Assembly (NCBI GenBank): GCA_964035545.1
Contig: CAXIUT010000256.1
Span: 1 to 25,201 of the forward strand
Length of the DNA: 25,201 bases
Reading direction: 5' to 3'
Origin: Bugula neritina
Taxonomy: Eukaryota; Animalia; Bryozoa
In this document: piece after piece, positions 1 through 12,422 of the stretch
How the letters are laid out: each line of letters begins with the position of its first letter
How positions within the stretch are numbered: the stretch's first letter is position 1
Program-made: the position numbers and the translations under genes
Notes under the pieces: generated by a model
Databases searched by the model: none
What the model was told of the DNA's origin: nothing
Seen by the model: the letters and a program-made list of their open reading frames with translations, nothing else

Positions 1-92
1 CCAACCCCAACCCCAACCCCAACCCCAACCCCAACCCCAACCCCAACCCCAACCCCAACCCCAACCCCAACCCCAACCCCAACCCCAACCCC
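1..92. repeat. Left telomere, (CCCCAA)n
   Basis: Perfect C4A2 hexamer array of about 15 units at the 5' end; this is the Tetrahymena-type ciliate telomere repeat. Confidence 0.99.
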
Positions 93-161
93 TGTATGTT
101 ATAATGAGATATGATTGTTTTGATAGAACTGACAAAAATTATTTAATTATTTAATAATAAA

Positions 162-2359
162 ATGGGAGCATAATTTCAGCCATGCCAGGAAATGCCACAC
201 AATCCTCAAACATAAAAATAGGTCGAATCGTATCAGACAAGATCAACTAATTTGAAACAGTAGTAAGCACCATTTTGTTCTATAAGTCAATGCAGATCAT
301 CTAATATTGAATCGATTCCTCAGCCTAAACGAAAGAATAGTCATGCATTTGAGATGTAGGAGTTGAAGACTCCAGTCAAAAATAGTCGAAATCGTATAGT
401 ATCATTGAGAATGAGCAAGGAGTCATCGAAGAGGTTGATAGTCAAAAGTAAAAAAAAGATTAATTCTTAAGTGTTATATCAACGAAAGTTGCTAGCAAAG
501 ACACTTGTTTCTAGTACTATTGATTTGACATAGATTTGATGTTGTAAGATGAAGTTGATTCGACGGGTCAATCGATATATTCTCCAGAAACTCAGGATAA
601 AAAAATAAAAATGACGAATATCGTAACTAATTTATGTATAAACAATCAGGAACATTTGATTGATGTGATCAATTCGATTGAAAATCGATTTAGGAAGGGT
701 CGAATGGGAGCATCAGAATCGAAAGATCAAGAGTTAAATGAAGAATTATACTAGTTTCTTATTGCAGTTGAGAAAGCTTAGTTGGACTTCCTTGATATGG
801 TAAACAATTGACGATTTAGTTGTACCATAATGATGAGGAAATATATCAAAAAAAATCTAATTATGGATTTAGAAATAATATCGAGAGCAATGTGGTTGAT
901 TTGAAGCAGATAATAATGTAAGAGAAGGAGTTCAGAGGTAGCAAAGCGGTTAAATACTAGAAATACAAGTAGATCGGTTTAGATATGATAAGAAACAAGA
1001 AAGGTAAGATATTTATGATATATAGTATGTTTTTTTGTGATGGCTGGAGGGAAGTCATCTCGGTTTATGATAACATCTGGCGACGGATTAGTTTCTTAAG
1101 GTGTTAATGATATTACGGGTCGGATTGACAATTACCATTAAAGTATAAATAAAAATGTGTATAATAGTACTGATTGGAAATCTGGGTTGTAGTAGTCTAA
1201 TGATAGAAGTAGTTCTACTAGTCATAGAACTCATTCGAATAGAGGCAAATAATTCTAGAATTTGGATATTCCATCAGGAAGGAGTATATTTGCCATCATT
1301 ATTCATAGATTTATTGCACTAGCTGAAAGGTATAACTGTTCTATTGCTTTGTATTTGAGTGTGTCGCCTGATAAAATACATGAATTGACTGAGCAGATCT
1401 TTTCTATTACGTCAAAAACTGATAAATTAACAATTTATCCTTTTTCTAATAAAGTTATCGGAGCTATTGATTTTTAGGGTCAGTTAGTGATGGAAGATAA
1501 CTAGTTGCCTTCTTTGTGGTCGATTGGATCTGGAGATATTTGGAATGTGTTGTTGGGTGATAAGAGTTTAGGTTTTCCATCTATTGATGATTTGATAAGC
1601 GATGGATATGAATATTTATCTGTTTTGGGGACAGCTAATGCTCTTGAGAAATGTTTTGACTGTTTTGCTTTAGGTATGATGGAAGAGGGGAAACTAGATT
1701 GGAGCACTAAAGTGGTATAATCTTTTTAGAGGAATAAATATAAAGGAGAAGGCAACGTATAACCTAAAATGTTTGAAAATAGGCAGTCATAGTTATATAT
1801 ATGTGATCCTCAGTAGTTGGATAACTATGATGCTAGTGCTAGATATACTTTTATTAACAACTCTATTTTTAAATTATAGTATTTGCAAAAGGTTTTGAAA
1901 TCTACTGAGTGGGACAATATGCAATTACGCAAGAAGATCCATTTGGTAAAAAATAGACCACCTTTTTCAAAATATAGCAAAATTATATCTTATTAGAGAG
2001 ACTATACTGATATATTCAGAATGACAAGACTCTAAGAATAAAAAATATAAACAAGCTGCCTCGACAAAGAGATAAACAAAGGTATTCCATCTAAATGGAA
2101 AGTTCTTTTATGTGACAAAAGTGAATACTATCCTTTGGTATATAGCAAAGCTGAACATTCAGATATTTCTCATGCATCTAAAGCGATTGTTGATTTGCAT
2201 AGGAAATATTTGGGGATAGATAAGGGAATAGTGGAAATAGATCCTTATGTTAGTTTGGAAGGAGAGGATTTAGAGGAAATTAGGACTTAGTTAGAGGAAA
2301 GTCGACTTGAAGAGGATTAGGAAATATTTGTGCAATATCCTAGTGATGAATCTACTTGA
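162..2359 (+). CDS. Divergent UDP-N-acetylglucosamine pyrophosphorylase (UAP1/UDPGP family)-like protein with long N-terminal extension, about 711 aa; introns 514-533, 800-819, 1004-1025
   Basis: With TAR=Glu and three tiny introns the frame is open from ATG162 to TGA2357-2359. Motifs: IGLDMIRNKKVCFFVMAGGKSSRF (cf. GKVAVLLLAGGQGTRL), LDIPSGRSIF (cf. GLPSxKSLF), GSGDIWNVL (cf. GNGGLYxAL), GYEYLSVLGTANAL...WSTKVV, SYERDYTDIF (cf. KMEKFVFDVF), VEIDPYVSLEGEDLE (cf. EISPLVSYAGEGLE). Confidence 0.85.
514..533 (+). other. 20-nt spliceosomal intron
   Basis: GTACTATTGATTTGACATAG; required to join the UAP-like frames. Confidence 0.75.
800..819 (+). other. 20-nt spliceosomal intron
   Basis: GTAAACAATTGACGATTTAG; removes an in-frame TGA. 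Confidence 0.8.
1004..1025 (+). other. 22-nt spliceosomal intron
   Basis: GTAAGATATTTATGATATATAG; splicing restores KKVCFFVMAGG. Confidence 0.88.
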
Positions 2360-2416
2360 TCTTTTGTTCAATAATTAACTATTAATATATAAATTATGCT
2401 TAGTATTAAATATCAA

Positions 2417-3016
2417 TCAAAGAAGATAGCTTTCGTGTACTTTTTTCAATAAATAGGAATGCCATCCAAGGTTTAAGAATAGTTATTTGAGGAGAAGTAA
2501 TCTTTTGGCGCTTGAAGTTAAAATTAGACCTTATTTTTGTTTTTTTAGACAGAAATAACTGATCCAATACTCACTAAAAATACTAACTAGAGAGACGAGG
2601 ATTTTAATTTTTACTAAAACAAATCCAGTATTTGCAAGTATCTACAAAAAAGATCGTGATTTAACAGTTTATCCTTCAACTTTTTCTTCAAACTTTCTTG
2701 AGTAGTATGTGAAGCCGATTACAGATAAAGCCAATAGAGGATTAAAAATAACATGATTGAACATAACGTCATAGGCAATAGCTCGTTTACTAACAAGATA
2801 TAATTATCGATAGTTCTTCATATCTTTTGGGAAAACATCTCTGTTGAGTTAATTAAGGACTGATTTATTCCAGAAGAGTCCTAAAGGTCGACCAATGAAG
2901 ATCCAGAAGGGTAGTGGTGAGATATAAGATCCAATAGTTAGATTCTGGTTGTGAGCATAAAGTAGGATAGAAATGCTGGAAGCAAAGATTGCTGGTTGGA
3001 TGATGGCTTTGCTCAT
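2417..3016 (-). CDS. Small membrane protein, probable Mpv17/PMP22 family, 199 aa
   Basis: Uninterrupted ORF MSKAIIQPAIF... to TGA. Segments IGRPLGLFWNK, DVMFNHVIFNPLLAL and RLLLLKELFLNLGWHSYL resemble the Mpv17 GPxxHxWY, DQxxFxP and WNxYLS motifs. The family call is tentative. Confidence 0.6.
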
Positions 3017-3105
3017 ATCTTTGTTATTAGTTGTGATTGTTAAAATATTAATAGTATGATGAAAATTGATTGATAGCCAGTCGTTTTAATTATATATTTC
3101 TGACT
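3017..3105. promoter_or_regulatory. Putative bidirectional promoter, 89 bp between divergent ATGs
   Basis: AT-rich spacer between head-to-head genes; inferred from position only. Confidence 0.45.
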
Positions 3106-3905
3106 ATGAAAAAAACCATAGTTGTATTATTGTTGGTTTGTCTGGTTATTTCTCAGGATTGGATTAGTGAGAAGTCAGCTAGCCAAAGCGATGGCAATCT
3201 TCAAGAAGAGGATCTCTAGAAAGAAAATGTTAAATAGTAAGGATTTAAATAGTTAGACAGTAAATTGAAATTTAGAAATCTAATCCCAAAGAAGCCAAGA
3301 AATAATAAGAACGAAAAGAAAAGCCAGAAGAAAAAAAGGGTAATTCTGTAAATGAAAAAACAGCTGGTATGGAGAGTCCATTTGCCAAGGCTAATAAGGG
3401 ATAAATTAAAAACAAAGGTCCCTCTACATCTTATGACGATGAAATGAGAAAAAATGAATAACACTAAGATGATAAAGGCTCCTATGGTCATCAGCAACAC
3501 AGAGAAAAGCCTAAGCATATGAAACATCGTGGTAAAAAGATGTATCGTCCTATGTCTGATGATGAAGAAGAGTCCTTTTACTATAGTACTTAATTTTTCT
3601 TGTTTGTTGGTGTTCTGGCTTTGGCTGCTTTGGTTGGATGTTGCATGAAGAAGGGTAAAAATTATAATGGAGCTAGAGCTATGAAAAGAAGATAAAGAAG
3701 AGTTCAACCTAGGGAGTTGTAGAGAAGATAGCCAAGGCAAGTGCAAAGAGTTTCTCATCAACAATATGCTGTTAACTCTAAAAGTCAGATAGAGAATCAG
3801 ATAATGTTCCATCAGAGTGAGTTATACCGACTTCAAAATGCATCTAAATAAGATTCTGAGAATACAAATAAAATTATGATGAGATAATACGAACATCAGG
3901 AGTGA
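3106..3905 (+). CDS. Hypothetical type I membrane protein, about 259 aa; intron 3237-3256
   Basis: Signal peptide MKKTIVVLLLVCLVISQ, then a K/E-rich ectodomain, a TM segment FFLFVGVLALAALVGCC and a basic tail. A 20-nt GTAAGG...TTAG intron restores the frame to TGA3903-3905. Confidence 0.8.
3237..3256 (+). other. 20-nt spliceosomal intron
   Basis: GTAAGGATTTAAATAGTTAG; joins the signal peptide to the downstream frame. Confidence 0.7.
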
Positions 3906-4036
3906 TTCTTTGATTGAAAAGCAATAAGAGAATAGTTTAATTAACTATTTTTGTATTTAATTGAAGGATTTTAATAAAAGAATTAATCGAATAAATAAAA
4001 TATAACTTCACATTGATTTATTGTTATATTTATTTA

Positions 4037-4456
4037 ATGGGGAAATAAAGTAAAATAAAAGAAGAATTTGATTGCGACGTTGATGACACTTGTAGCCCCT
4101 TCTATATCCTTAAAAACTATAGAAAAACAGCCTATTTCAAAAGAAAAAGAGAACTAAGAAAAAAAAGGTTGCTTCAAGAAACGGAGATAATGAGATATGC
4201 TTAGATGGAGGAGAAAGAGATTCAACTTCAGCAGATCAACAAGTCAATGCTTGACGAAGACTTTGTTTGGAATAAGGTGCAGGATGAGGTCAAGGGAGAA
4301 AGTCAAGAAGAATTAATAACTGACGATAATTAGGAATCAATGTAGAGCAGAATCAAGAAGTTGAGTGAGGAGGTAGTGATAAATTTGGGAAATGTGTAAA
4401 AGAAGTCTATTTTTGAAAATAGCTTTACTGGGTTTAAATTTATCAGATATTTATGA
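4037..4456 (+). CDS. Hypothetical protein, 139 aa, charged/coiled-coil
   Basis: Open frame MGKESKIKEEFDCDVDD...FKFIRYL-TGA, flanked by AT-rich spacers; no recognisable domain. Confidence 0.6.
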
Positions 4457-4612
4457 TTTAGATGACCATCTAAGTCAGTTTCGGTCACAAACTGATTTAT
4501 CAAATTTATTCAAATTCACATTTTCACGGTTTTAATTATTTGAATATTTAAGAATATCTTATATTTTTATCCAAATTTAAAATAATAATTTAAAATACGT
4601 ATTTAGATTCAA

Positions 4613-6760
4613 ATGAGGAGTAGTCTTGTACTTATCACCTTAGTCATTCTTTTGATGTTTTTAGGATAGACATAATCTAAAGCACCATTTATCTAGTTTG
4701 ACTAAATACATCAGACTCGTTCTTAGTTCTAATTCAACTTGATCATTAATTAAAATAGAAATACTCCCATCATCTTCTTTCAGTTTAGTTAAAATAGAAC
4801 ATAAAAAATAATGCGAGGAATAGTAGAATAAGCCTTTAGACTTTAGCCCGATATTTCTTTTGCTTTGTTTGTTGATTGCAGACAATTTTAGCATGATCTT
4901 AATAGAACTTTAAGGACTTGTCAAGGCTTTTAGGAGTATTTGAAAACATATGTTCCTCTAACAGATGAAGAGCAAGAGTAGAGAAGATTAGATGATCCCT
5001 TTTTTGTATTTGATTTTTTTTCACCAAATCCTATGAGGATAAAGGAGAAAGGTCATGTGATATCAAAGAATCATGATATGCAAAATCTTCGTTCTTTGGA
5101 CGTAAGCTTTAGTGGAGAGTTTCTAGCGAAAGTTATCAGGAATTAACTGCCTGATTTTATTTCTTACATTGAAGATCAAAGAGATTTGTAAGACTTCTTA
5201 CAGATATCATCGCAATTTAGAACATCTAAGGGTCCTAAGTTATTATTCTTTGATCAGAATTTATTAAGTCCTTTCTTTCTTAAAAAATTGGCTGTTAGAT
5301 TGGAGGGATGGTTCAGAATAGGAGTTTCTGATTCACCTAAAATGGTCTCTAAATTTAAATCTAAATTTGACAAGTTAGTTCTCTTATAATATGATTTCTA
5401 ATCTCAAAAATATGACACTCAATAAATACCTTATGATTCAAATGATGGTTTTAATAACATTCTACAAAATAAGTTGATTACTAGTTATACTAATATCAGA
5501 AAACCAAGAGATCTTCTCTTAGATTTCTAGCATAAATAGTCAGTTATTCATAATATATCAAGTTTGAAACAAATAAATTAGTTGATTTCTCATGGAAGAA
5601 TCATTTTATTGGAGGTTAGTCGGGAAGATGATGTCTTTTAGTGTCCAAGTTTGTTAACTCCTCGATAAAAATATGATGTACTTTTCAATTATATTTGTTT
5701 GAAGAGAAGTAAAAGTGCTTAATTTTTGACTATTATGCAAGCTCATCCTCAGAAATGGGATAATAAGATATTTTTTATTGATGGGTCGATAAAAAATACT
5801 AAAATTCTTCATAAAGATTCAAATTTATATGATTAACTACCTCAAACTTAGGCAAGACAAAAAATAACAACTTAAAAGTAGAGTCAGATTTGTAATGAAG
5901 GAGCAAGAGCTAGTCAAAGATAACCAATTTTATACTACTTTAATGATAAAACTCATTCAACTCCTCTACATCTATTGAGGTATTTCGGTTCTTTAACAGA
6001 AGTGAATTCTCTTCTTTATTTTTGTCAGTTTTTGATTCCCGACTAAGATGTTCGTAACACTTATCAACTATCATAAAACGTGATATTTACTTTGACTGTA
6101 CCAGATAAATAGGGTCGTTCTCAAAAGGTATAGCATACAAAGATGTAAGACTTTTTAAGTTTGAAGATGTTTCTTAGATAAATAGCTATAAGTAGAATAA
6201 TGAGAATATACTAACATCGAATTCTAAGAAATTAAATTCTTGAGATAAGTACTTCATAGTAGTTGACTGAGAGATGTTTTAGTCATAAATGTATTATTGC
6301 ATTGATAGAAACAGGTACTTTTCATCAGGAATCTTAGATAAATATATTGAAATAAATGCAGATATCTTTTAGTGATCAACCTTTTAAATATTATTGGATA
6401 GATGGAATTTGTCACTACTAAATTGGTAAACAACTTAAGTTTGCTAAAAAAGGAAGTAAACTTATAGATCGTTCTTATTTGTTTTTGTTTAGTTAAAAAA
6501 ATAATCAATATGCTCTTTGGAAAGGAAATAAATTGAGTCAGTATTGGAATAAAAAAGATACCTTTAGATGGGTTAAATCTCTGAGAAATTAAGATAACAT
6601 CGGAAGAATCAAATTTGGATTAGATATTGAAAACAAAAAATGTTAAAAGAAGTAAGTAGTCAAATAAGATGATAAACCTAAAGATTCAAAAGGTTCAAAA
6701 AAAGATAGAAAATAATCAAGAAAATAAAAAAGTAGAGAAGTAAACGAAGATGAGCTATGA
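4613..6760 (+). CDS. ER-resident thioredoxin-fold (PDI-like, no CxxC seen) protein, 715 aa
   Basis: Intronless open frame with signal peptide MRSSLVLITLVILLMFLG and C-terminal EDEL before TGA. Internal segments LPDFISYIE...GPKLLFF...FLKKLAVRLEGWFRIGV and CFSHKCIIALI...PFKYYWIDGICH resemble non-catalytic thioredoxin-like domains. Confidence 0.75.
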
Positions 6761-6784
6761 TTAAAGATATAAATATGAAAATAA

Positions 6785-7951
6785 TCATCGATAATATTAT
6801 CTCCCAGAACCAGTTCGAGAGTTCCAGCATGGAGTTTATATTTTTTTGAAGTCAAGATAGTTATCATGTTTTTGAGATTTATTTATACTGAGTCTGCTTT
6901 TAGGTGTTCCTGAATATTTGCTATCTTTTGAGTTATTTAGTTAATCTACTATGGTTGTTTATGATTTTTTTGATTTTTTTGATGGTTTTGGAGGTTTATG
7001 TATTTTTTTATTTACTGGAACTGAATGATATTCAAGTGAATTTTCATCTACTATTGATTCACTTAATTTTTATATAACATTTGGTCTTAGTTTTCTTTTT
7101 TACGTGGTTTTATCTTTTTGTTTTATCAATTAATTCCATGATTATTTAACATATAAATTTTAATTTTGTATTTTTGATTTTTTTGATGATTTTTTATTTT
7201 TGTTATTCGATGTTTGAGAGATATAACTTGGTTTAGTTTAATGTTGATATTATTGACTTGATAAATATGAAGAATCTATATATTTTTAACAATAATAGCA
7301 TATTTATTAACCTATTTTAGCTCTATTCAACACCATTTATTGTTGGATATTAGATAAATCAATTTTGACTTGATATAGTGACTATCTAAGTATTTTATAC
7401 ATTTTATTGATATGATTTCTCAATATTTAACTTTGATAGTTACCAGCTTCTTTGACAATATTATCAAGATTCCAATTATTATCTTATTTTTTTATTTATT
7501 AATCAAAAATACGAACTAATTCTACGATTGTATTGGTATTTCCTTTATTTATTTTCATCATCATCTTGTCTAAAACTGAATTTATACCATTTACTTTTAT
7601 TTTCTAGCAGTATAAGTCATAGAGATATCGAACTGAAGACATTAATTGAATGGTTTTTTTCTTATAGCTTTCATAGTTTACTGTTCGATAGTCATCATTA
7701 AGAATAAAATTATTTTGAAGAAGTGTGTTTGGATTGTTATTTTGATTTGATAATATTTTTTTAAGTTAGGTGTTTTATTTTTTTAGTAATCTGTTCTACT
7801 TTGTCAGTTGTTGGCATAATTAGTATAGTTATTTATCTTTAAGTTGTTCGCTAAATTAGCTGTGTTTTCTAGGAGGGGGAATTTGACTTTTTCCTCTTTC
7901 TTCTCTCCAGTATTCCTTGGCGTAAAGGCTTGTGCCTTCAAAATGACTCAT
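6785..7951 (-). CDS. Hypothetical protein, 388 aa, N-terminal coiled coil and K/S-rich C-terminus
   Basis: Continuous TGA-free frame from ATG7951 (MSHFEGTSLYAKEYWREE) to TGA6787-6785. Confidence 0.7.
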
Positions 7952-8241
7952 TATTCGTTATAAATTTATAGTTATACTAAAGTAAATAAGAATATTAACA
8001 AGTTTTTCAAATATAATTATCAAAATAAATACTAAAAATGTATTAGATATTATTTCAATTTTGTCCCAAAAGTATTTATTAAACTATTTTTTAAAAAATA
8101 CCTTTTTCCCAAATACGCTGAAAATATATAAATGTCAATAAAAACAAAATGACAAGAACTATACTTTTATATTATTATCAGATGATTGTATTTGTCAATA
8201 TTTTTTGATATTAATTAAGTTTATATTCTAATACTAATAAG

Positions 8242-10725
8242 ATGGGTCAGATATTCGTTAATGACCAGGTAAAGGGTATGGTAATATAACTGCCTCCAAC
8301 TAATATAAAGCAACAAATATCTTATACACCACTTCTTATATGTAAAAGTCTTGCAGTTCCTTTTTATTAAAAGGTTTTTTACTATGAAAACTATAAGAAG
8401 ATATAAGTTACCTATAAGTTTTTTGGAAAAGTATTCATACATCTGGAAATTAATAAATAAAAACCTAGACAAGAAGCTGGATGTCCTCTAACATTTGGAA
8501 ATGAAATAGTATACGGTTATAAGTTTAAGAAGAATGACAAATCTGATAAAATACGTCCTAATAAAATATTTTTTCGTCGAAAGATCTTTTCTTCCTCATT
8601 TCAACCTCCTAGATCTCATCATAGAAATTAAAAAATGAGGTCTAATGTAAAATCAAGAAAAAAATCAAAATAGCATCATCAATAAATTACATCAAGTATT
8701 CCAGTTTATACTCCTAAATAAGAACTTCTTCGTAAGCTTGCATAACTGAAATTACTAAGTAAGTTAGATGTTGGAGCTAAAGTAGTTAGAATAATTGATG
8801 GGTCAGATGGAATATTGACTGACCATTATATTGAGTTTTACTCGTAAGTTGCTCTTTAGAAAGGATCTTTTTAAAAAAACTAACCAAATGGAAAACAAAA
8901 AGTTTATTCTACACTAACTGATAAAGGATTTAAAGTAGATAAATAAACTTTATTAATAGCTTATAGTGTCTTTCAAACAGGATATATAGTAAAACTAAAA
9001 AAGAAGTTGATTCATGATGAGTAATAGATCTCATAAAACCATTCAATTAAAAAGATGGTGAGATCATTTGAATAATAAATAAATTTTATAGTTTGCAAAC
9101 TGGATGGGATGACAAATATGATGAGTGCTATTCAAAATTATCTTAATTATCGAGAGATAGATAAGGCGATGTAGAAGTTTTAGGAAAATATGGCTAATAT
9201 GTAAGAAAATTAACGTTTGTAATATGCATAACAGATGGAATTTATGTTATCTAAGTATAATTATTATCATTCTTTTTAAAAATAGGTTAGTTCTTTTATC
9301 AGTTCAAGTCGATCTTCTCTGATGGAAAGTAAAACTATTACTACAAGTCGATTCTAAAAAAGAAATAAATCAGAATCTTCTAATTAATCTCATGATAGTA
9401 TAAATAGTTTCAGATCTTCTAGATTTAGTTCAGATCATGAGGCTAAAAGTCCAGTATCACCTGTGACTATATCACCTAAATCTAATCTTGGTTTAAGGTT
9501 TTCATAATCTGAGAGTCCTAGACATTTTGTAGGTCAATAAAGAGATAATTCAACTACAGAAAGTCAGTATTTAAAAGATAGTAAGTAATCGCCTTATATA
9601 ATGTGGGAGACAGCTTTAGATAGACTTAGAAATGCAATAAATGAGAATGATAAAATAGCTATGACAGTATCATTAACTTGTCTTAAAAATTTATCAGTTT
9701 TGCCTCAATTTGAAACATAGGTACTTTTTGGAAAACTACTGATGGAGAATGGAAAGACTAAATATTCAAAGATAGTATTTGAACGTTTGCTTTATCATAA
9801 AAAATCAAATAAAGATGCTTTTATTTGCAGTTAGGTTGAGTGCATGATAGCTTATCTTTATCATTTGAAAGGAGAACATCAAAAAGCTTTGAGTCATTAT
9901 GAAAAAGCAGTTACTCATAGGTTTAGACTTAGAAATTATTCAAAAAAAACAGTTATTGTATTTAACAATATAGCTGTTATTTAATTTTAGCTTGAAAGAT
10001 TTGAGAAAAGTTTACTTTGGCTGCATAGAGGTTTTAAACTCGGTTAGTATTGTGCAGATTATGAATTGGTGATGAGAAGCAACTATGCAATGATTTTAGC
10101 TGAAAAAGGGCAAGTAAAATAGGCTAAAAATTAGATGGTCAAGACACATAAAAATATCTAGCCTTACTCTAATATGTAAATATTATGTAAGTTTCATAGT
10201 AATTTCGGTTACTTGTAGTTGCTATAAAATAATTTTGAGAAAGCTAAGGCTAATTTTGAGATAGCTTGTTAGTTATAGAATAAATATTTGATACCTAATG
10301 GTTACAAATATTCATTTTTTCTTCATAATAATATGGCTATCTATCATACTAAGGTTACTACTCATCATAAGAAGGCAGAATGGAAAAAGGCTGCTTCTCA
10401 TCTAAATAAAATATCTAATCAGTTGGCAGATATTCATGGTCTCACAGCTGTTAAAATTCATTTCAATTTTGGTAAAATAATGAAAGAAGATTATAAACTT
10501 GATTAATCTTTTTTCCATTTTACAGAATGTAGAAGAATATTATTACGTCTCAAGTAGAGTTATATTACTCAATATTTGGATAAGATTTAAGCATAAATTT
10601 AAAAGATGGATGCTCTAAGGATAGATGAGTAATCTGAGTAGTCATCATACGCCAACAAGTTATCAAAGGTTTCAAGGAGATCTTTGTTAAGTAATAAACA
10701 AAAATAATCTAAAATTCTTAATTGA
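8242..10725 (+). CDS. Tetratricopeptide-repeat (TPR) protein, about 827 aa; start uncertain
   Basis: About 2.5 kb TGA-free frame. TPR-like helices at about 9720-10550 include MIAYLYHLKGEHQKALSHYEKAV, VFNNIAVIEFELERFEKSL and HSNFGYLELLENNFEKAKANFEIA, preceded by a Ser-rich linker at about 9290-9570. Confidence 0.8.
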
Positions 10726-10733
10726 TATGCATA

Positions 10734-11114
10734 TCATACTATGAAGTATATCCCTCCTATTATCGAACATACTCCTACCAACTGTGTTATATTTAGAGGT
10801 CGACGCTTCAGTATGCTCTCAGTTATGAATGTTACTGCTACAGTCAGGGCGTTGGCTGTGATTGAAGAAAATTGTTAAGGATATTGGCCTAACAGATAGC
10901 CATAGAGCACTGAGCCGATGTTATTGATTGCAAGGAAGAGTAGGAATTTCCATCTTTTAAGGATTTTGAAGAGAGAATTGATGCTGAAGTCTGTTGGGTT
11001 GAAGTCTTTTTAGTCAGTGTGGGAATATTTTTCAATGAAGGGATTGGTTCCTCCCCAGAACAAGCTGACTACGAAGAAAGGTAGCAGGTCTTTGAAAGTG
11101 ATAGTGTCCAACAT
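10734..11114 (-). CDS. TMEM234: TMEM234 (UPF0546) family membrane protein, 126 aa
   Basis: VSLFWGGTNPFI, WKFLLFLAINNIGSVLYGYLLG and ANALTVAVTFITE match the TMEM234 signatures WGxTNPF, NQxGSVLY and NSLTFxxT. Confidence 0.85.
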
Positions 11115-11177
11115 ATTAATATTTAATATTTATTAAATAAATAACTTAATACAATAGAATTATGATGTTATTATGTT

Positions 11178-12324
11178 TCATTTTCTTTTTCTTGGTGGAG
11201 ATAAGATAGCTCTTCTTTTGACTTAGATTTGTTCTTCGAATTCTTGTATTCTGATTAGAAAGTTTTGTATTTATCCAGCGATGATTCTTTATTTCTTTTA
11301 ATTTTATTAATTTTATTTTGTTAAACTGTCAAGCATATAATCTTGTCCTTCTTAGATCTATCTATACATCTAGTTGTCAATAACAAAGATAGAAGGGTCG
11401 ATAGAGCTAAGCATTTCTGGTTTTATTCTAGTTTATACTATTACATTGTATTAGTTGGGAGTTGGTTAGGGAAGTATGGGACTGATTTTATATTTTTATC
11501 GTTTATTATTTATGTATTTTAGTGCTTTTTATTTATTTGATTTTAGTCTGATTAGTAATTTTTATAAATGTTCTTGCCAATTGGGCGTACTGATATCAAA
11601 ATTTTATACACTATATAGTCCTTCCTATTTATGTTTTCATTTAGTCAATGGCATCTCCACATCTTTTATAGAGATTATTATAGATAACTTTTTCCATTGA
11701 ATCTGAAAATCTATTCATTTATTAGATTTAATTAGATTTTTGTAGTTATTCTTCTTTGACTATTTATAGTTATCTTTTTCTTGTGTTCCATTTATTTCTT
11801 ACTATTTATACATTTTATATTGAATTTGATATTATCTTTTATCTATCTTTTAATTTTTTTTAGCTTTTATTCTAAAATAACTCTTTTTATATTTTTTATT
11901 ATTTCTATTTCTTCAGTTCATCAGTTTAGTCATCTATTTGGTTAAGTAGATCAGTATGAGTTTATATTATTTTTTGTTTTTGGATCATGATGGCTTATCT
12001 GGTTTATTGATACTTTTTTTCAAACATCTAACTTGAATTTATTTTTTATTTTGTTTATTTCTTTACTATTTCTATCTTTTCTTTGCATTATTGGATTTAG
12101 GTATCAAGTAGAATGAGTTGCTAATTATAATTTTATTGGATATTTATTCTTCTACCTGTAAGAGTATCAAGGATAGATATTTGAGTATTGAGATCGTTTC
12201 TTAAATTATCCATTTGTTTGAATATTATTCCAGTTTATGCATACATTCTTTTCTATCTTATATTAGTTTCATCTATTTTTAAAGGGCTTGAGGATTCTTC
12301 AATTTGTATTGGATAAATTAGCAT
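11178..12324 (-). CDS. Hypothetical coiled-coil protein, about 374 aa; intron 11590-11611
   Basis: Heptad-rich E/K/Q frame from ATG12324. A 22-nt GT...CAG intron removes an in-frame TGA and leads to the C-terminus RRAILSPPRKRK-TGA. Confidence 0.7.
11590..11611 (-). other. 22-nt spliceosomal intron
   Basis: GTGTATAAAATTTTGATATCAG on the minus strand; removes a TGA and restores the coiled-coil frame. Confidence 0.6.
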
Positions 12325-12422
12325 ATTGAATCATCTTGGAACTACATATTTTTAATGTTATAAAGGTTATTTATGAAACCAAATCATTTATCTTCTGATA
12401 AAAAATAATTTATTATCAAACT
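12325..12422. promoter_or_regulatory. Putative bidirectional promoter, 98 bp between divergent ATGs
   Basis: AT-rich spacer between head-to-head genes; inferred from position only. Confidence 0.45.

Noticed and set aside
3216-3812. 198-aa hydrophobic minus-strand ORF
   Set aside because: It is the antisense shadow of the K/E-rich plus-strand gene 3106-3905, which has a coherent signal peptide and TM segment.
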